DNA of 63,986 nucleotides, filler included, from Blastocystis sp. subtype 4 (lineage: Eukaryota): assembly GCF_000743755.1 (NCBI RefSeq). It is 3 parts of 3 records of this genome, joined end to end, with 100 filler letters (N's around TTAATTAATTAA, not from the genome) between each part and the next. Parts side by side here need not be neighbours in the genome. Positions count along the whole stretch, not along the records: positions 25,133 to 49,795 come from NW_014569391.1; 2 more parts are not named here. One strand, written 5' to 3'. The notes under the pieces are model-generated. The model saw only the letters and a program-made list of their open reading frames with translations, was not told where the DNA came from and did not search any database. A program made the position numbers and the translations under genes. This document shows positions 26,462 through 39,838 of the stretch, piece after piece (position 1 is the stretch's first letter; each line of letters opens with the position of its first letter).

Positions 26462-27431
26462 ATGACAACATACTTTGAGGAAACAGACCATCAGTTCGTG
26501 AAAGATGAGATCAATACGCTATTATCGAAGTATGGAGATGATTGTAGTGATATCGAGTTGCTGAGGGATCTTATTACGTTTTCACATCTCTTGATCCATA
26601 CTAAGAGGGTACAGTAGGATATCATTAGTTTCGTCAGGATGTAGAAAGCAGTTGATTTCGAATTGTCGAATGCTGGACTTGGATCTTTTGGCTCCCGAGA
26701 GTAGCGTTACCTTCGAATGTATGAAACGAATCGCCTCATGTGTACGAGTGTCTCGAGTAGCACGGATTCGGTTAACAAATTTCTTTTCTGTAGAAGCTAA
26801 TTTAGTGTTTTCGTTGCCTAACTCGCAAGATGTGTATTTGACAATCAGTTTCTTACGAAATGAAGATGTCTTGTAACTGTGTATGATTACAATAATATTT
26901 AGAAGGAAAAATGGAAAGTGGAGTGTGATTGATTACAGTCTGTATTGTGGTCAGGATCTTGACAATATGTGTGAGAAATGGACTATCACTTTCATTCAAA
27001 GATACGTTGCTAAAGTTATCGTTTGCTCATGAAGGTATGAATGATTTTTCTTGTGTCTATGGGTTCGACATTTCCACAGATGAGGATCAAGATTCAGATA
27101 GCGGTGAATCGGTTGTAATTCCAGAACCTTCCGAGAAATCGTCCTCAGACAGCGAAGAAATGAGTCAAGAGGAGGAGAATACAGTAGAACCCGCAGAAGA
27201 ATTATTGTCGTTTGAAGTTAATGGTTCCAATCTGGAAACATTGGTGGGGATGTTGGATCCTGGCATGACAAAAGAGCAGTTCTTAATGTACCTTGTTTCT
27301 CTAGAATTCATATCCTTTCTATCTGTAACATTAGGAACTTAATTGAAGTGGGAGACAAACTGGGACATGGACTTTCGCGTGTATGATTTGCTGATGGACA
27401 GACCTGTGGTAATCGGTGGTGCTAAAGAATA
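26462..27431 (+). CDS. Hypothetical protein, probable polyA-completed stop
   Basis: Chain of exons; last exon WETNWDMDFRVYDLLMDRPVVIGGAKE then TA-CTGC-TGTTTGTT. Confidence 0.55.
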
Positions 27432-27435
27432 CTGC

Positions 27436-27443
27436 TGTTTGTT
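27436..27443 (+). terminator. Polyadenylation motif TGTTTGTT
   Basis: Perfect motif 4 nt after an in-frame TA. Confidence 0.8.
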
Positions 27444-27596
27444 TGGAATGATCTGATTACGTCACTGAAATAAGTTGTGACACGAACGACAAACCATGGG
27501 AATTTAGTTCTTTTCTGCGAAGTCTGAGTGACGTTCGTCTTTCTTCATTATGACGTCATCGAAGGACTCTTCTCGAATTCATTATTATTTGTATCG

Positions 27597-29660
27597 ATGG
27601 AGGAAATCGGAAGAGGCCATAGAACAATTCACCTTCATGACGTGATAGAGATTGTTCGCAATCCTAATTCAGGATTTGACCCTGAACCAGTGACAATCTC
27701 GCAGGTAGGATATCTTATCATTCTTCATGTTAGATATTTGCCAAAAATACAAAGAGGTTTGGAACCTATCCTGCGATCGTCAGCAAGGAAGGCAAAATCT
27801 ATAGTTATAAAGATTATTATGATAATGCAGAGATGTTCAGTAAATCACTGGTTGCTTTGGGATTACAGATGTTCGATGTGATCTGTGTACTGGGTTTCAC
27901 TTCTCCCGAGTATCTCTTTTCTCTTCAAGGATCGTGGTTGATAGGATGTGTGACTGCTGGAATATATACAACAAACTCGCCAGAGGCATGTCATTACATT
28001 CTTGACCATGCAAATGCGTCGGTCTGCATATGCCAAGGAGGAACGAATGCTTCCAAGATTGCTTCCATTCGGAGGACACTTCCAAATCTAAAAGCAATTG
28101 TTGTATATTGGCCAGAGGATGGAATGCCAGAAACTGACGACTCTGATGGATATGCTTCGATATACGAGTGGAATCAGTTCTTGCAGTTAGGTGTAACAAT
28201 TCGATCCAGTGAGATTCATCAACGCATTGAAGCAGTCCGTCCAGGTAATTGTGCTTCCCTGATTTATACCTCTGGAACCACAGTAAGAGTTTGTTTGCTA
28301 GAATTATAGTTAGGGAGAACCAAAAGGAGTGATGATCTCCCATGATAATGCCATGTTCAATGCACAGTCATGTCGTGAACCATTCCTTCTCGATGATAAT
28401 GACCGATTCGTTTCGTACTTGCCTATGAACCACATTGCTGCTCAGTTCCTCGATGCTATGGTTCCTTGTTGTAATCGAACTACTGTCTACATGGCTCAAC
28501 CAGATGCTCTTCAGAAATCACTCGCTAATACTCTTCAAAAAGTGCAACCCACATTCTTCCTGGCTGTTCCTCGAGTGTGGGAGAAGTTTGGAGAAGGGAT
28601 TAGTCAGTCGATGCTTCGATACTCGGTGAGAATGATGATTCAGACTGATATCTAGTGGTTCAAGAGACAATGGATCAAGTGGTGTAGACGCATTGGAATG
28701 AAGACCTGCTTATCCAGGCAATATGCACATTCTTTCCATAAACCTATCCTATACAGTCTAGCTAATCGGACTTGTTTCGAACCAATACGTCGGTCTTATG
28801 GTCTTAACAAGTGATTGTGGATTGCTCATCTAATTGTTAGAGCTAAACACCTGATTGTGTGTGCTGCTCCAGTGACTGAAGAGACATTGAACTTTTTCGC
28901 TTCGTTCGATATCCCTCTTTTGGATCTGTATGGCCAGAGTGAAGGAACTGCTCCAGTTACAACCAACACTTCGCTAAATCAAGGATGGAAGTTATTCACA
29001 TCAGGACGAAGTCTTCCTGGGATTGAGTGTAGAGTTGATCCATACACTTCAGAACTTCAGTATCGAGGACGTCATACAATGATGGGTTATTTAAAGATGC
29101 CTCGGGAGACAATGAATACAATCGATGAAGAAGGATGGATTCATACTGGGGATCAAGCCAAGATTGATCTAGATGGATTTATTACAATTACAGGACGACT
29201 AAAAGAATTGATTGTCACAGCTGGAGGAGAGAACATATCGCCAGTACCGATTGAGAACAAGATACTTGAACTGTGTCCCATCTTAGCAAATTGTGTTGTT
29301 ATTGGAGACAAGAGAAAGTTCCTATCGTGTCTTGTATCTCTAAAGACAGTGTTCAATCCACTAACAGGGCAGCCCACAGAGAATTTGACTGCAGTGTGCA
29401 TTGAAGAGTTGAAAAAACGAGGAATTGAAGTGAAAACAGTGAGAGAAGCGAAACAGAATGACCAAGTCAATAGTATGATTGAAGAAGCAATACAAAACTA
29501 TAATAAAACAGCTGTAAGTAGAGCTCAGAATATACGTAAATGGATCTTGCTGGATCATGATTTGTCAATATCAACTGGCGAACTAACGGCGACATTGAAG
29601 TTACGAAGAAATGTTGTACAAAGTCTCTATCAAGATAAGATCAATAGGTTGTATGAATGA
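27597..29660 (+). CDS. Long-chain fatty-acyl-CoA synthetase (bubblegum-like)
   Basis: LIYTSGTT-GEPKGVMISHDN, YGQSE, GWIHTGD, ITGRLKELIVTAGGEN, GELTATLKLRR. Confidence 0.93.
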
Positions 29661-30608
29661 ATTGTTTTTTTAAAGAAACAGTAGCTTTTTCTTCAGGAGT
29701 GCGTGACTGTGGATTCTTGGAGAAGCGAGTCGTGAATCGATACCTATCCATCTTCCATTTTAATTTGATGTTTCTGTGTTAATCTTCGCTATTTTCGTTG
29801 TTATTGATGATTATTGCTTTGATACACATTTGTCGCGGGAATTTTCTCTTTCTGGTTCCACATTTCTCTGTTTCATCATTTCGGTTTTTCTCACTCATTT
29901 TAAGGACTTTGGCCTTCTTCGATGAAATTCGGTGCATTCATTTGTGTCTGTATTTTATTTTCGGCAGCATTTGCTGTATGTTTTTTCCTTGTTGTTTTTC
30001 CTGTTGCCTCTTTCTTTTCTCCTATTATTCATTTCATTGGTTTCTAATCCCTTTTAGGAATTCCCAGTCGCATTTGTCGATTCTACGTTCATTCTCCGAG
30101 CCACTGAGGCGGAAAACTTTACTTGTAGCGCCAATATGTTTTCTTCGTATCTCAATAGCCTTATTGTGGATAGTCGTTTCCCAGATGAATGTCATACACC
30201 TCCAGTTGACATTTTCTCTTCTATTGATGTCATCTATATCGAAGAAGCTCTTTCCTTTGATGGTAGTGTCCGTTTATTCTATTGTTATCCATAGAAGTGA
30301 TCGATAACTCGGAAATGGTAATTACTGGTGCAAATACGATGAAAGCGACTATTGAGAGTTATCGACCTGCTGAGGAGTCCATTGAACGTATTTGCTTCAA
30401 CGAGGATTCTGTAGGTTGCCCTCGTTCCTTTGAAGTGGTTTCTGTATTAATGGATATCCTATTTTATTAATAGAATCTAACGCAGTTAATCATTGAAAAT
30501 AAGACTGTGATTTATCGTCCCTTGCACAATGTCAGCGTTTATACCATTTCTTACTTCTAGGAATCTGCAATTATGGAGATTGAGGAAGCTACTGCTGGCT
30601 ATACTGTG

Positions 30609-32458
30609 TTAGGACTCATTGCTCTCTCTGAACGTGGCTGTTGATGCATGCTCTGATGTGTAGCAAATCTGTACAAGGAATCTGAAATCATCGATTTGAA
30701 TATTATCTTTGTTGTAGTGGTTCTTCTTCTTATTGTGGGTGCTGCTGCTGTGTTTGCTGTGGCTACAATTGATTATGGTGAAGACACTGCTGGACTGTAT
30801 TCTAAGTTCAAGCAAGATAAGTCCCAGTAATGTTAACTTTATATCAGTTGTTTGATCACACAAACATCTCGCTAAATGCTATGTCACATCAAATACCTTC
30901 TTCATCTCCTCGAAAAGATGGAGTGATTAAATCATATTCACTTTCCTGACGTTGAGCTGGTGAAGCCTCTATTACAAATGAAACATCTTCTGCATCTTCT
31001 TGACGCATCCGTAACAATGGTGAATACGCCTCTAAAGCACTTGCATTACTATCAAGCATCTTCACTGTCTTTGCATCAGGTAAAGCATCATTATTCCTAT
31101 CCTTCCTATCCGAATACTTCTCATCAATTGTTTCCTCTTCATCTATCATTCAATTCTCTCCTCCATCACTACAATGACTTACTGTCACAAAGCGGAGTGG
31201 TTCCAACCATGACGGGATTTCTCGGTGTAAGCGTCGTAGGATCCATACCACTAACATCAACTACCATAAGACTCATCTCATATCCATACAGTCCCATCAA
31301 TCCCAACTCCAATGAGTCCAAGCAGTAAGAGTCTCATTGCTATCACCAGATCTTCTTCGTGACTACGACCGAAGCAAGTCTTTGCATCATTCGTTGAACT
31401 ACTGCATCCTTCAGTAATGTACGCGGCTGAGATATATGGATCCTGGTAATGACGAATCTATTGGGATCAGAATGATCGCTTTACTCCATACAGTCACTGT
31501 GATGTTCTTCGATACATCATGCGAATACACAAATGGTAACCAGTATTCATCTTTCATAAAATCAAACAAATTACCTTCAACAGAAGGCTCACAACCAAAA
31601 CTAATCACATTGTCCCCTAAGGACCATGTCCTAGATATCAGAAAATCAAGGAGACTGATACGGTGGAACGTCTAACGACCATATGTCCGTCTGATTGGAG
31701 TAGGCAAGACGGAAACACATGCTCGATAAATACATTTCCACAAAACACTTGTTTGTATCCTTTTCCCACACACCATGATGCTTCAGACACTCTTTAGTAC
31801 ATGTTTCTCTGAAATTATATCATTACAAATAATCCTACTCATTTCCTCCAACACATGAAATGTCCTTCTTATATAAATGAGTACTATCATTGAACGGGAG
31901 AATACTAACAAAAATGGGTTGTTCCTGAAACTTGGATAAGAGGCGTACAGTAGAATTCTTCCCTGTATACTTGATTGTTGTTGTATAATAGAGAATTCCG
32001 CCCACTTCACACTGGGGATCATCCTTTTCTTGACATCGATCTCGGTAAGGGTAGAATTCTCCACTTCCTGTGGTCTGCATGGAAAAGTTATAGTACTGAT
32101 TATCCACAACTAGTGAAAAGTCTGAAGCTTCCATATCCCACAATCCGCCAGCGTCCCATGCTCTCACCCTCTCATTGTATCTACAAATGGATTATTCGCA
32201 CAGTGATATACTTATTGATGAGACTGATTCGTTTGTTTTTCGTGAACATCATTCCAATGCCCACTATACCACAAACATTGAGAGACAGCAACACTAGATA
32301 GAAGGTTAGGATCAACAGATTGAGTCGGCCTTCCAAGGAAGTAAAACGCTTCCGCCACCGTCTCCCCATCGAGGATAAAACCAAAATAGGAGTTATTGGA
32401 TAAACCTGAATTATGGAATTCAACAAAACATGAATTGTTCTGGAATACCAAATATCAT
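30609..32458 (-). CDS. Hypothetical multi-exon protein (Cys/aromatic-rich N-part, low-complexity C-part)
   Basis: Series of minus-strand ORFs separated by short GT-AG introns; both ends uncertain. Confidence 0.4.
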
Positions 32459-32483
32459 TCCAACAAACATGTCAAATTAGTGA

Positions 32484-35400
32484 TTACTGCTGTAACGCAT
32501 ACTCAAACAGGGACCGCAGGAATTTACCGAGTTTCTCTGGCTGTTTCTCCATCAAATTAGCACAGAAACCCTTCGTGATTTCTTCTGAGAAGTTGTACTT
32601 CACTAAAAAAACGTTCAAGAAGAATCTACATGAAATCAGTTCCATTAACCTACTGCTGATATTCGGGACAATTCTTGGTCATAAAATGAATGAGTGTTCC
32701 AATCTCATTAACAGTGGTAATTGATTGTGGGTCACGCATACTAAACTGTGGCATATGATAGAACTCAAATATGACTGGTGTGACTTCATTCATAATATGA
32801 TGGATGAAGATTTGAAGAATCTGCGAATTACAAATTGAAAGTGAACTCACATCAGCAGGAACAGTTGAACCACGAGCAAATAACGAAGAAGCAAGTTTAT
32901 GATACGTAATAACACAGATCTTGTTAACAGCAATGAGATTGATTTGGGTTATTCCGTGTAATAAGACCCCTAAATACTGTGTGAAATAAGGTCGGTTGAT
33001 TTCTGAACACAGCAAGAACGGAGAATAATTCACAATAGCATTCAAAAATCCATAATATCCATTAAATACGTCACTTTGACGTCCTAACCATGAAGATATG
33101 CAACATCACCAACCAATCACATCTTCATCTCCCTGACATGACACAAATGCCTTCTCTGTCAATAATCCCAACAACGGATCCAAATATGGATCCTGACCAG
33201 TCTTGTAATTGGCATAGATCTGACCGATGACATCAAATCCGGCAGCAAGACCACGATAGGTCTCCAGTGAGCAGTACATGCAGACAAGATCCTGAGTACA
33301 AGGGAGTCTACATGAGAGAGAGAGTGAATCAGTACATAAACTCTTTGAGAATGATGACAAGCCGATGAATGAGTGAATCTAATTGACTCGTGAGGTAATC
33401 AGTATTATGCCCCACAGTCAAAGGATAGAGCTGAATATACAATTGAAGAAGAGAAAGCATTTCATCTCGCATATTCCCTTCAAGTGTAGATAGTGCTGAT
33501 GATGGATTGTTTGTGATTCCTTTCAACATATGAGCGAAACAACCAACATTATAAGCAATTGATAAAACTAGAATAAGAATACTAATTAGAATCATACGAA
33601 GGAAATGATCTGATGGTGTATGAGTAAGCTGTTGACGATAACGATTGATATTATTATAGAGAAGCATGAATGTATTCTAGACTAAAAACAGGACTATTTC
33701 TGGTACATGATAGAATCCATAAATCTCATCAATACTATTCCAATTTCCACAAATGATGGTAGAAGTAATGAAGAAGAGAGGATAAATACCTTCATAATAG
33801 AGAGGTTCAGAAGCATGTTGAATGAGATCATCTGGAGTTGGTAACACAATCAAACCTTGAATCACATCGAGAATCCCCTGTTGAAATGGAATGATACTCT
33901 GTTTTAGTCCTGATACAAAACGAGCTAGAAGGTTCACAGCTCTTTCTCGAACTCGTTCCCGATTGGCATTCAATCCTTTCATAAACACAGCGAGAATTTG
34001 ATAATGAAGTGAATCTAGTGGAAGTAGAAGTGACTGATAACGAGAGATCAAGTCCATAGCAGCGAGAAGAATACTGAAGTGATAGTGCTGAATGAAGATT
34101 GATGTTGAGAAGAAGGAGACTAATAGATCTGTGAAACGAGCTAGATATGAGAGAGAATATGAATATGGTACATCGATAAGCATTACTTGGTATATTCACA
34201 TTTGTACCATCACCATAGTAGAATATCATTGTAAGAATCCCTTCAGCTTCTTGCCAACCTAATGTAGGAAAACGATCCAATGGAACTTGAACGAAGAACT
34301 GATCGATGTAATCAAGGTATAATGCAGGATAAAGACGAATCAAAGCAACAAGAACTTTTTTAAGACTATTTCTGTATGTGTCAAAATCAGCGTCAATCCC
34401 GCTCTCAGGATCAAAGCTGTAATCTTCAGGAAGTCTAGATATGAAGAAGATCAAGCTTATAATACTGAATCTGTTTAAAAATTCCTTGAAGCATCATAGG
34501 AACATAAACACGTAGATTGAAGATAGGAACAGAATTTGATTTGGCAGTTTCTTCTCTTTGAAGTTGATAAACGAGCTTCTTCGGATTACTAAATCATTTG
34601 AATTGTACGTTCAAGAGATCCGATATACTCAAGATAGGATTTAAATAAGCTTGATTCATGATCAATGGAAGTATTCTCATTACAATTTCTAAATCCACTC
34701 CTGCTTGTTGGATAGCTTCATTCTAATCATCATCCCATCATTCCATCATTCACATCACTTGTACAACCAGGCAATGCCTCAATTAATTCTTTCACAATAA
34801 CATGAAGAACTTCAAGGATTTCAACCATCACATCTTGGTTATCTGAATACTTCTCACTCTGAAGAAGATTGGCTATAACGTCTGCTGTAAATGAAGGAAT
34901 CATTAGAAATAGGATTCAAAGGATATTCAGACCTAGTGTACGAATCAGACGGATTTTGTTCCCTGGAGGCATTCCTTTGTTGATCAATTCTTCAAAACAC
35001 AAAAGCACATTCTCTGCATATTGGTCATATTCCAATAAAGCAAAGAGAGTTGTGAGAGTCACAGGATTGATCATAAAGGAAACATCAATCCAATCAGCAT
35101 ATTCTGATAAGATTTCTAACGTTGTGTTGCAAATAGTAATACTCATATCATCAGTATTTTGACCATATTGCTGAAGTACTTCCATCCTAGTAATCATCCT
35201 TTAGATTCCCATATCTACCAGCTCTGGAATATGATTGAGATGTAATTATCTCGAAGACAGTCCTTCACTCGCATACCGGCATCCAAATCTGGTCGTTCTT
35301 TTGGAGCTCGAATGCCTCCTGCTCCCTGTACAATCTCCTCATCTACATAATATAAGACTTTTAAATACATTAGAAGGTGAGGAGGAGATAAAGAACGGAT

Positions 35401-35880
35401 TTGAAACAGAGCCTTGGAATCAATGAACTTAACTATCCTTACATCAAATACATCAGGCCAGAACTGCGGATAATCCATTTTGATCAACAAAGAAACCAAA
35501 ACAGCGTATTTCGTTTTCAAGTAGTCTGGAATAGCAAGAATAGCTGATGGTTCTTTCTTGCGGATCCAATCAAGAAGCGATTCATGCAACACCACCTTAT
35601 CTTCTTGAGCAACAGGGACATAGGAACCATCTCGAATGAAAGAAGTTATCAGGTCCAAGCATGTTAGCATTACACGGTACTAGACATAAATTCAACCACA
35701 AACAGAAACGTTATCAGTATGCAGGAACGTCTGAAACGAAAGCTTCCAGCTCCCTGCATCACTACGCAAATTGTTAATATATGTGATCGCTTCATTTCGT
35801 CTCTGAACAGAAGCAGGGTCAGAATCAGCACTTTGAGCACAGATAATCGATTCCTCCAGATATTTGCACTGTTCGTTCAT
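32484..35880 (-). CDS. XPOT: Exportin-T (Los1) tRNA export receptor
   Basis: Importin-beta-like N-terminus, DYPQFWP, VDEEIV, RVKDCLRD, YADWIDVS, ELINKGM. Confidence 0.82.
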
Positions 35881-36430
35881 TATCTATACGATGAGTAGGG
35901 TATCAAAGAGAAAATACACTTATATTCGTTGATTAACCAAGAACTAACTTGCTTTCCAATTGGAGTTGCAAAACAATAGTAAAAGTACTCAAAAGGATAA
36001 GAAGCTTATCAGAAAGCGAAGTGAACCAACAGTAAAAAGGAATTGCGAAAAACGAGATTGGATGAGAAGTGGGATAATTGAAGCGTTTGTGTTGTATTTG
36101 TGATATCTTTGTGGAAATCCAGTAGGAACAAGGAAATAACAGTGGCTAGTGGAGGAATACGTTGTACTGAGAAAAGAAACGATAGAATAAGGATTGAGAT
36201 AGAATTTAGTAAGAATGTCCATCATGTGTATAGAACAATCGAAAAGGCCTTCTACCATTTCAAAACAAATATTAAACACAACCAAATCATATTGACATCA
36301 GAAACAACGAGAATTATCTTGGAGTGTTCCATGAAACTCCCTACATATATATCCATTAGACTTCTAAAGTTAAGAACCATCCCTAAAGCACTCTGTAGGT
36401 CCTTGAAATTGCTGTATTTGTGAATTCCAG

Positions 36431-36993
36431 ATGGACACTTCTAAAGAGAATGGGCGGCATGATTCGTCTCTCTTTGGTCTTCCCACTTCGGTAGTGGATG
36501 GAAGGATGTATTGATGGCATAGTCAAATGGAGACTTGGCAAGAAGTCGGGAGGCACTTCTTCTGCGATTAGAACAAATGAAGATGGTAATTGAGAAGAGG
36601 AAAGTATGAGGAATAGAATAATGATGCTGAAAAGATAGAGACAGACTCTGATTCAGATTCACCCTGCATGTCTCCGTCAGGAAAGTTGAAACATAGCAAG
36701 GCCATTCCGATTGTAAAGAGGTAGTGGTTTCTGGTGTATACGTTAGGCAAAGTGGTCGCAGTCGCAATTTCAGTAGTAATGAAGGAAGAGGGTTTACAGA
36801 CGACAGTTGGTGTTTGAATCGAAGGTTATTTGTAGTGATGTTCTTTGCCGCCACCTGTGAGGATAATGATGATAAGGATAGTGAAGTGAATAATGGGAGT
36901 GAACCGGTAGGATTAGAAGAATAGATTGATGACTAGTTCGTGCCTCCTCATCTTCAACAGAATGATTCGTTTACGGTGCGTTCGTTTGTGTAG
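36431..36993 (+). CDS. Small low-complexity protein with SKAIPI...FVPPH motifs
   Basis: Clean spliced model with four 26-32 nt introns; motif pair resembles the S40/DUF584 family. Confidence 0.5.
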
Positions 36994-37027
36994 GTTTGAT
37001 CTTTATGGGGTTTTGTATCAATATTGG

Positions 37028-38074
37028 TTATCTCTGTTTACGATAAACACGTGATACTGTTGAGGAACGCAAATCATTAAAGTTCATTAGGTGTTTTCCC
37101 ACAGTGACTCGTTTAGGAGCATCATCTGTTTGTTGGGTGGACTGCTGTATCACCTCATTAGCTACAATAGGGTTGGACTGTTCCTTCAAGCCTAGAGCAG
37201 AAGCGAAGGGAGATTTTGCGAAAAGATATGCTACAAAGATACCCATTACTGCTCCTGAGATAGTATACTGAAAACTAGACATTACACAACAATTTGACAG
37301 ATACCAGGCTGTTGTAGAAGGAATCAATCCAAAACAAATCAAAACTATCATAAGAACTGTTACAACAATGTCGATGATGAGAGTCTTCTTACTACAAATC
37401 ACCGACTCTCAACAAATCCACTCATGAACGGAGAAATAGGAGGAAAGAAGAAGGCCCGATGTCCATCCTACTATTGAAAGCAGAAGAAACTTAAACCTGA
37501 TATACCATTCATGCATCCAACTCCAATAATCCAACTTAGAAAGTTACCAAAAACAATTGTGACGACAGATACACAAAGAAAGAGTAGTTTCCCTCTAAGA
37601 AGGATGCAGTATGCTGAAAAACAAAAGAAGAGTACAAGAGTATTTAGATGATAAAAGTCATCATGAATGAAGGTACAAGTGAAAATAGCATACAGTGACC
37701 TGGTCTAGACATGAAACTGAATACAAAGTCTCACTTTTCGTGGATACAAGCTAAGAGTACGATCAACTGACCATGACAATACGTCATTTAGCGTCTAGAT
37801 GAAAACTAACAAACGCACCTCACTTGGTTGATATAAAGAATTCCAACAATAACTCCAATAATAACGGATGATATGGCAATATCCTTCATGCCTATATTTG
37901 ATTTCACAGTATAATCGCATACCTTTTGCAAGGTAACCCTTCGATTCAGGTATCTGAGCTGTTGTTTCTTTCGATTTATCTGGATAGACATCGGATCGAT
38001 CCACTACCATTGGATCTTCAGCCTCCAACAACTAGGTTATTGTGCCTAAAAAAGCCTTACAGATTTGTTTATCA
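37028..38074 (-). CDS. Rhomboid-superfamily membrane protein, probably inactive
   Basis: LYPRK-TRSLYAIFTCTFIHDDFYHL (L1/TM2), NGISG (TM4), FQYTISGAVMG (TM6 without His). Confidence 0.65.
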
Positions 38075-38180
38075 TAGATAGAATAAATAAACCTTGTGTT
38101 CATCAGGTATTTAGGTATAGAGCCGTTTTCTGGAAAGGCAGATCTTTGCAAAAGGTTATTTATTGACACTTTTCAGAACC

Positions 38181-39804
38181 ATGGAACAAATGGCAATGGG
38201 AAGAGACGAAAAGGCATCTGAGAAGAGTTGTATCTTGATCGGTGGATCGAGTGATGCGATTCTTCAAGATTTACTTCAGAGAATAAAATGCATAAAGAAA
38301 TTGGAAAAAAGGAAGATCCAAATGGTTATTGTGACTGGAAGCAGAGATCGCGCTTTCCTTCTTTGCTCTTCCTTTTGTAAAGTTCTTCAGCATTCACCCA
38401 TTCTTTGCCATGCATCTGTAGGATCACTAAAGTTTGAGAGAGACTTAAAGGCTTTGCACTATGGTGTGGACATTCTTATTGTGACAGCAGGAAGACTGCC
38501 TCGACTGTATTATGGAAATGAGAATTGCTTCGATCGAATTCAAACAATCATGCTTGATCAGTGTGAACTGTTGTTCTCAAGACCGATTATAAAAAGAGTA
38601 TATTTATACAACTACGGTAATGTATAGACAATGGAGAGTATGTCGCTTCTACCAGAGCAGGATATTACAGCTTTCACAACCACCGGTACACCAATGGCTA
38701 AGAACTGTTGTTCAATCAAAGCTGTTCAAGAAGCCCTAATATCTGTAGATTCGCTAGTATGTACTTATGCGTAGTTGCATTATTCTGTGAATCAGGTAAC
38801 CTATTTACCACCAATTCAACAATCTCCTGAGCCCAATAACCATATTCCCGGTTTCTACTCTGTGTTACCTGATTGCGACTCGCTTTCGGTTGTTAAGCGA
38901 ATTCCCTATATTTTAACATCCATCCAACATGCAGTCCGATCAAAAATTCCATTGGTATCCGTTGTAACGTCTTCGGAATACAAAGTGAATCTCCTTCTCT
39001 CCATGCTTCTAGAGAATAGAATGTAAGCTATTGCATGTATTATAAGGTAGAAAGGGAGTTCATATCTTGTGTTTGAGTGAAAGTAATATCCACAAGGAGG
39101 TTCGTTCTCGATATCAATTTCTTCGCGAAGTTGTCAATCATAATACCAATGAAACTCCCATAACTCAAGTGATTCTTCTTGTTCATGATTGTTGGTTACC
39201 ATTTCTGAAGAACTGCGCTCTTCTGAACATAATGATTCACATGGATCTTCCTCTATCTGAAGAGATCTTTTTATCAAGAATCTCCTTATTACAATCATCC
39301 TCAGATTCCTCAAATAGTCTCTATTTTGTAACATCCTCTCAACTTGAGGTTCTTCAACTTTTACATACCAAATATGAGTGTTCCTTGAAACCGTATCAAT
39401 CTGATTCATCTGTGACTGAAGCCAAACAATTTGTTGAGAGGTATTTACGAAAACATGGGGATTGTGAGTCTTTGGATATTGAAGAAATTCCATTAGAGGA
39501 GATGACAGAAGAGGAAAAACATGAATTATTCTATCAAAATGGGAAAGCTGAGGTGGTTTTATCAGATCCAATTGAATATGAAGAGATTAATTTGAAAGAT
39601 TTGGATATGAGTGGATTAGAAGAATGCATGGATATGCTTAATGATACACAAGAGAATCAGGTTCAAAACAAATCAGTACCGAATCAAACGTATCCATCAA
39701 ACACCAAGTCTTCACTTATTAATTCAATCTTTAATCCTTTTCTCAATCCTCTTCTCTATTCATTCTCTCAACCGCAATCACCACTTCATTTTAGTATCTT
39801 TTAG
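38181..39804 (+). CDS. Degenerate DEAD-box helicase-like protein
   Basis: GVDILIVTAGRL, IMLDQCE, IHMDLP...FLSRI; no Walker A motif seen. Confidence 0.6.
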
Positions 39805-39838
39805 TATTTTGTTTCTTCTAACAAACACAATACATAGA

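Noticed and set aside
29700..30600. Hydrophobic + ORF 29798-30307 and minus-strand fragments
   Set aside because: The + ORF is the antisense shadow of A-rich sequence; no consistent minus-strand model could be built
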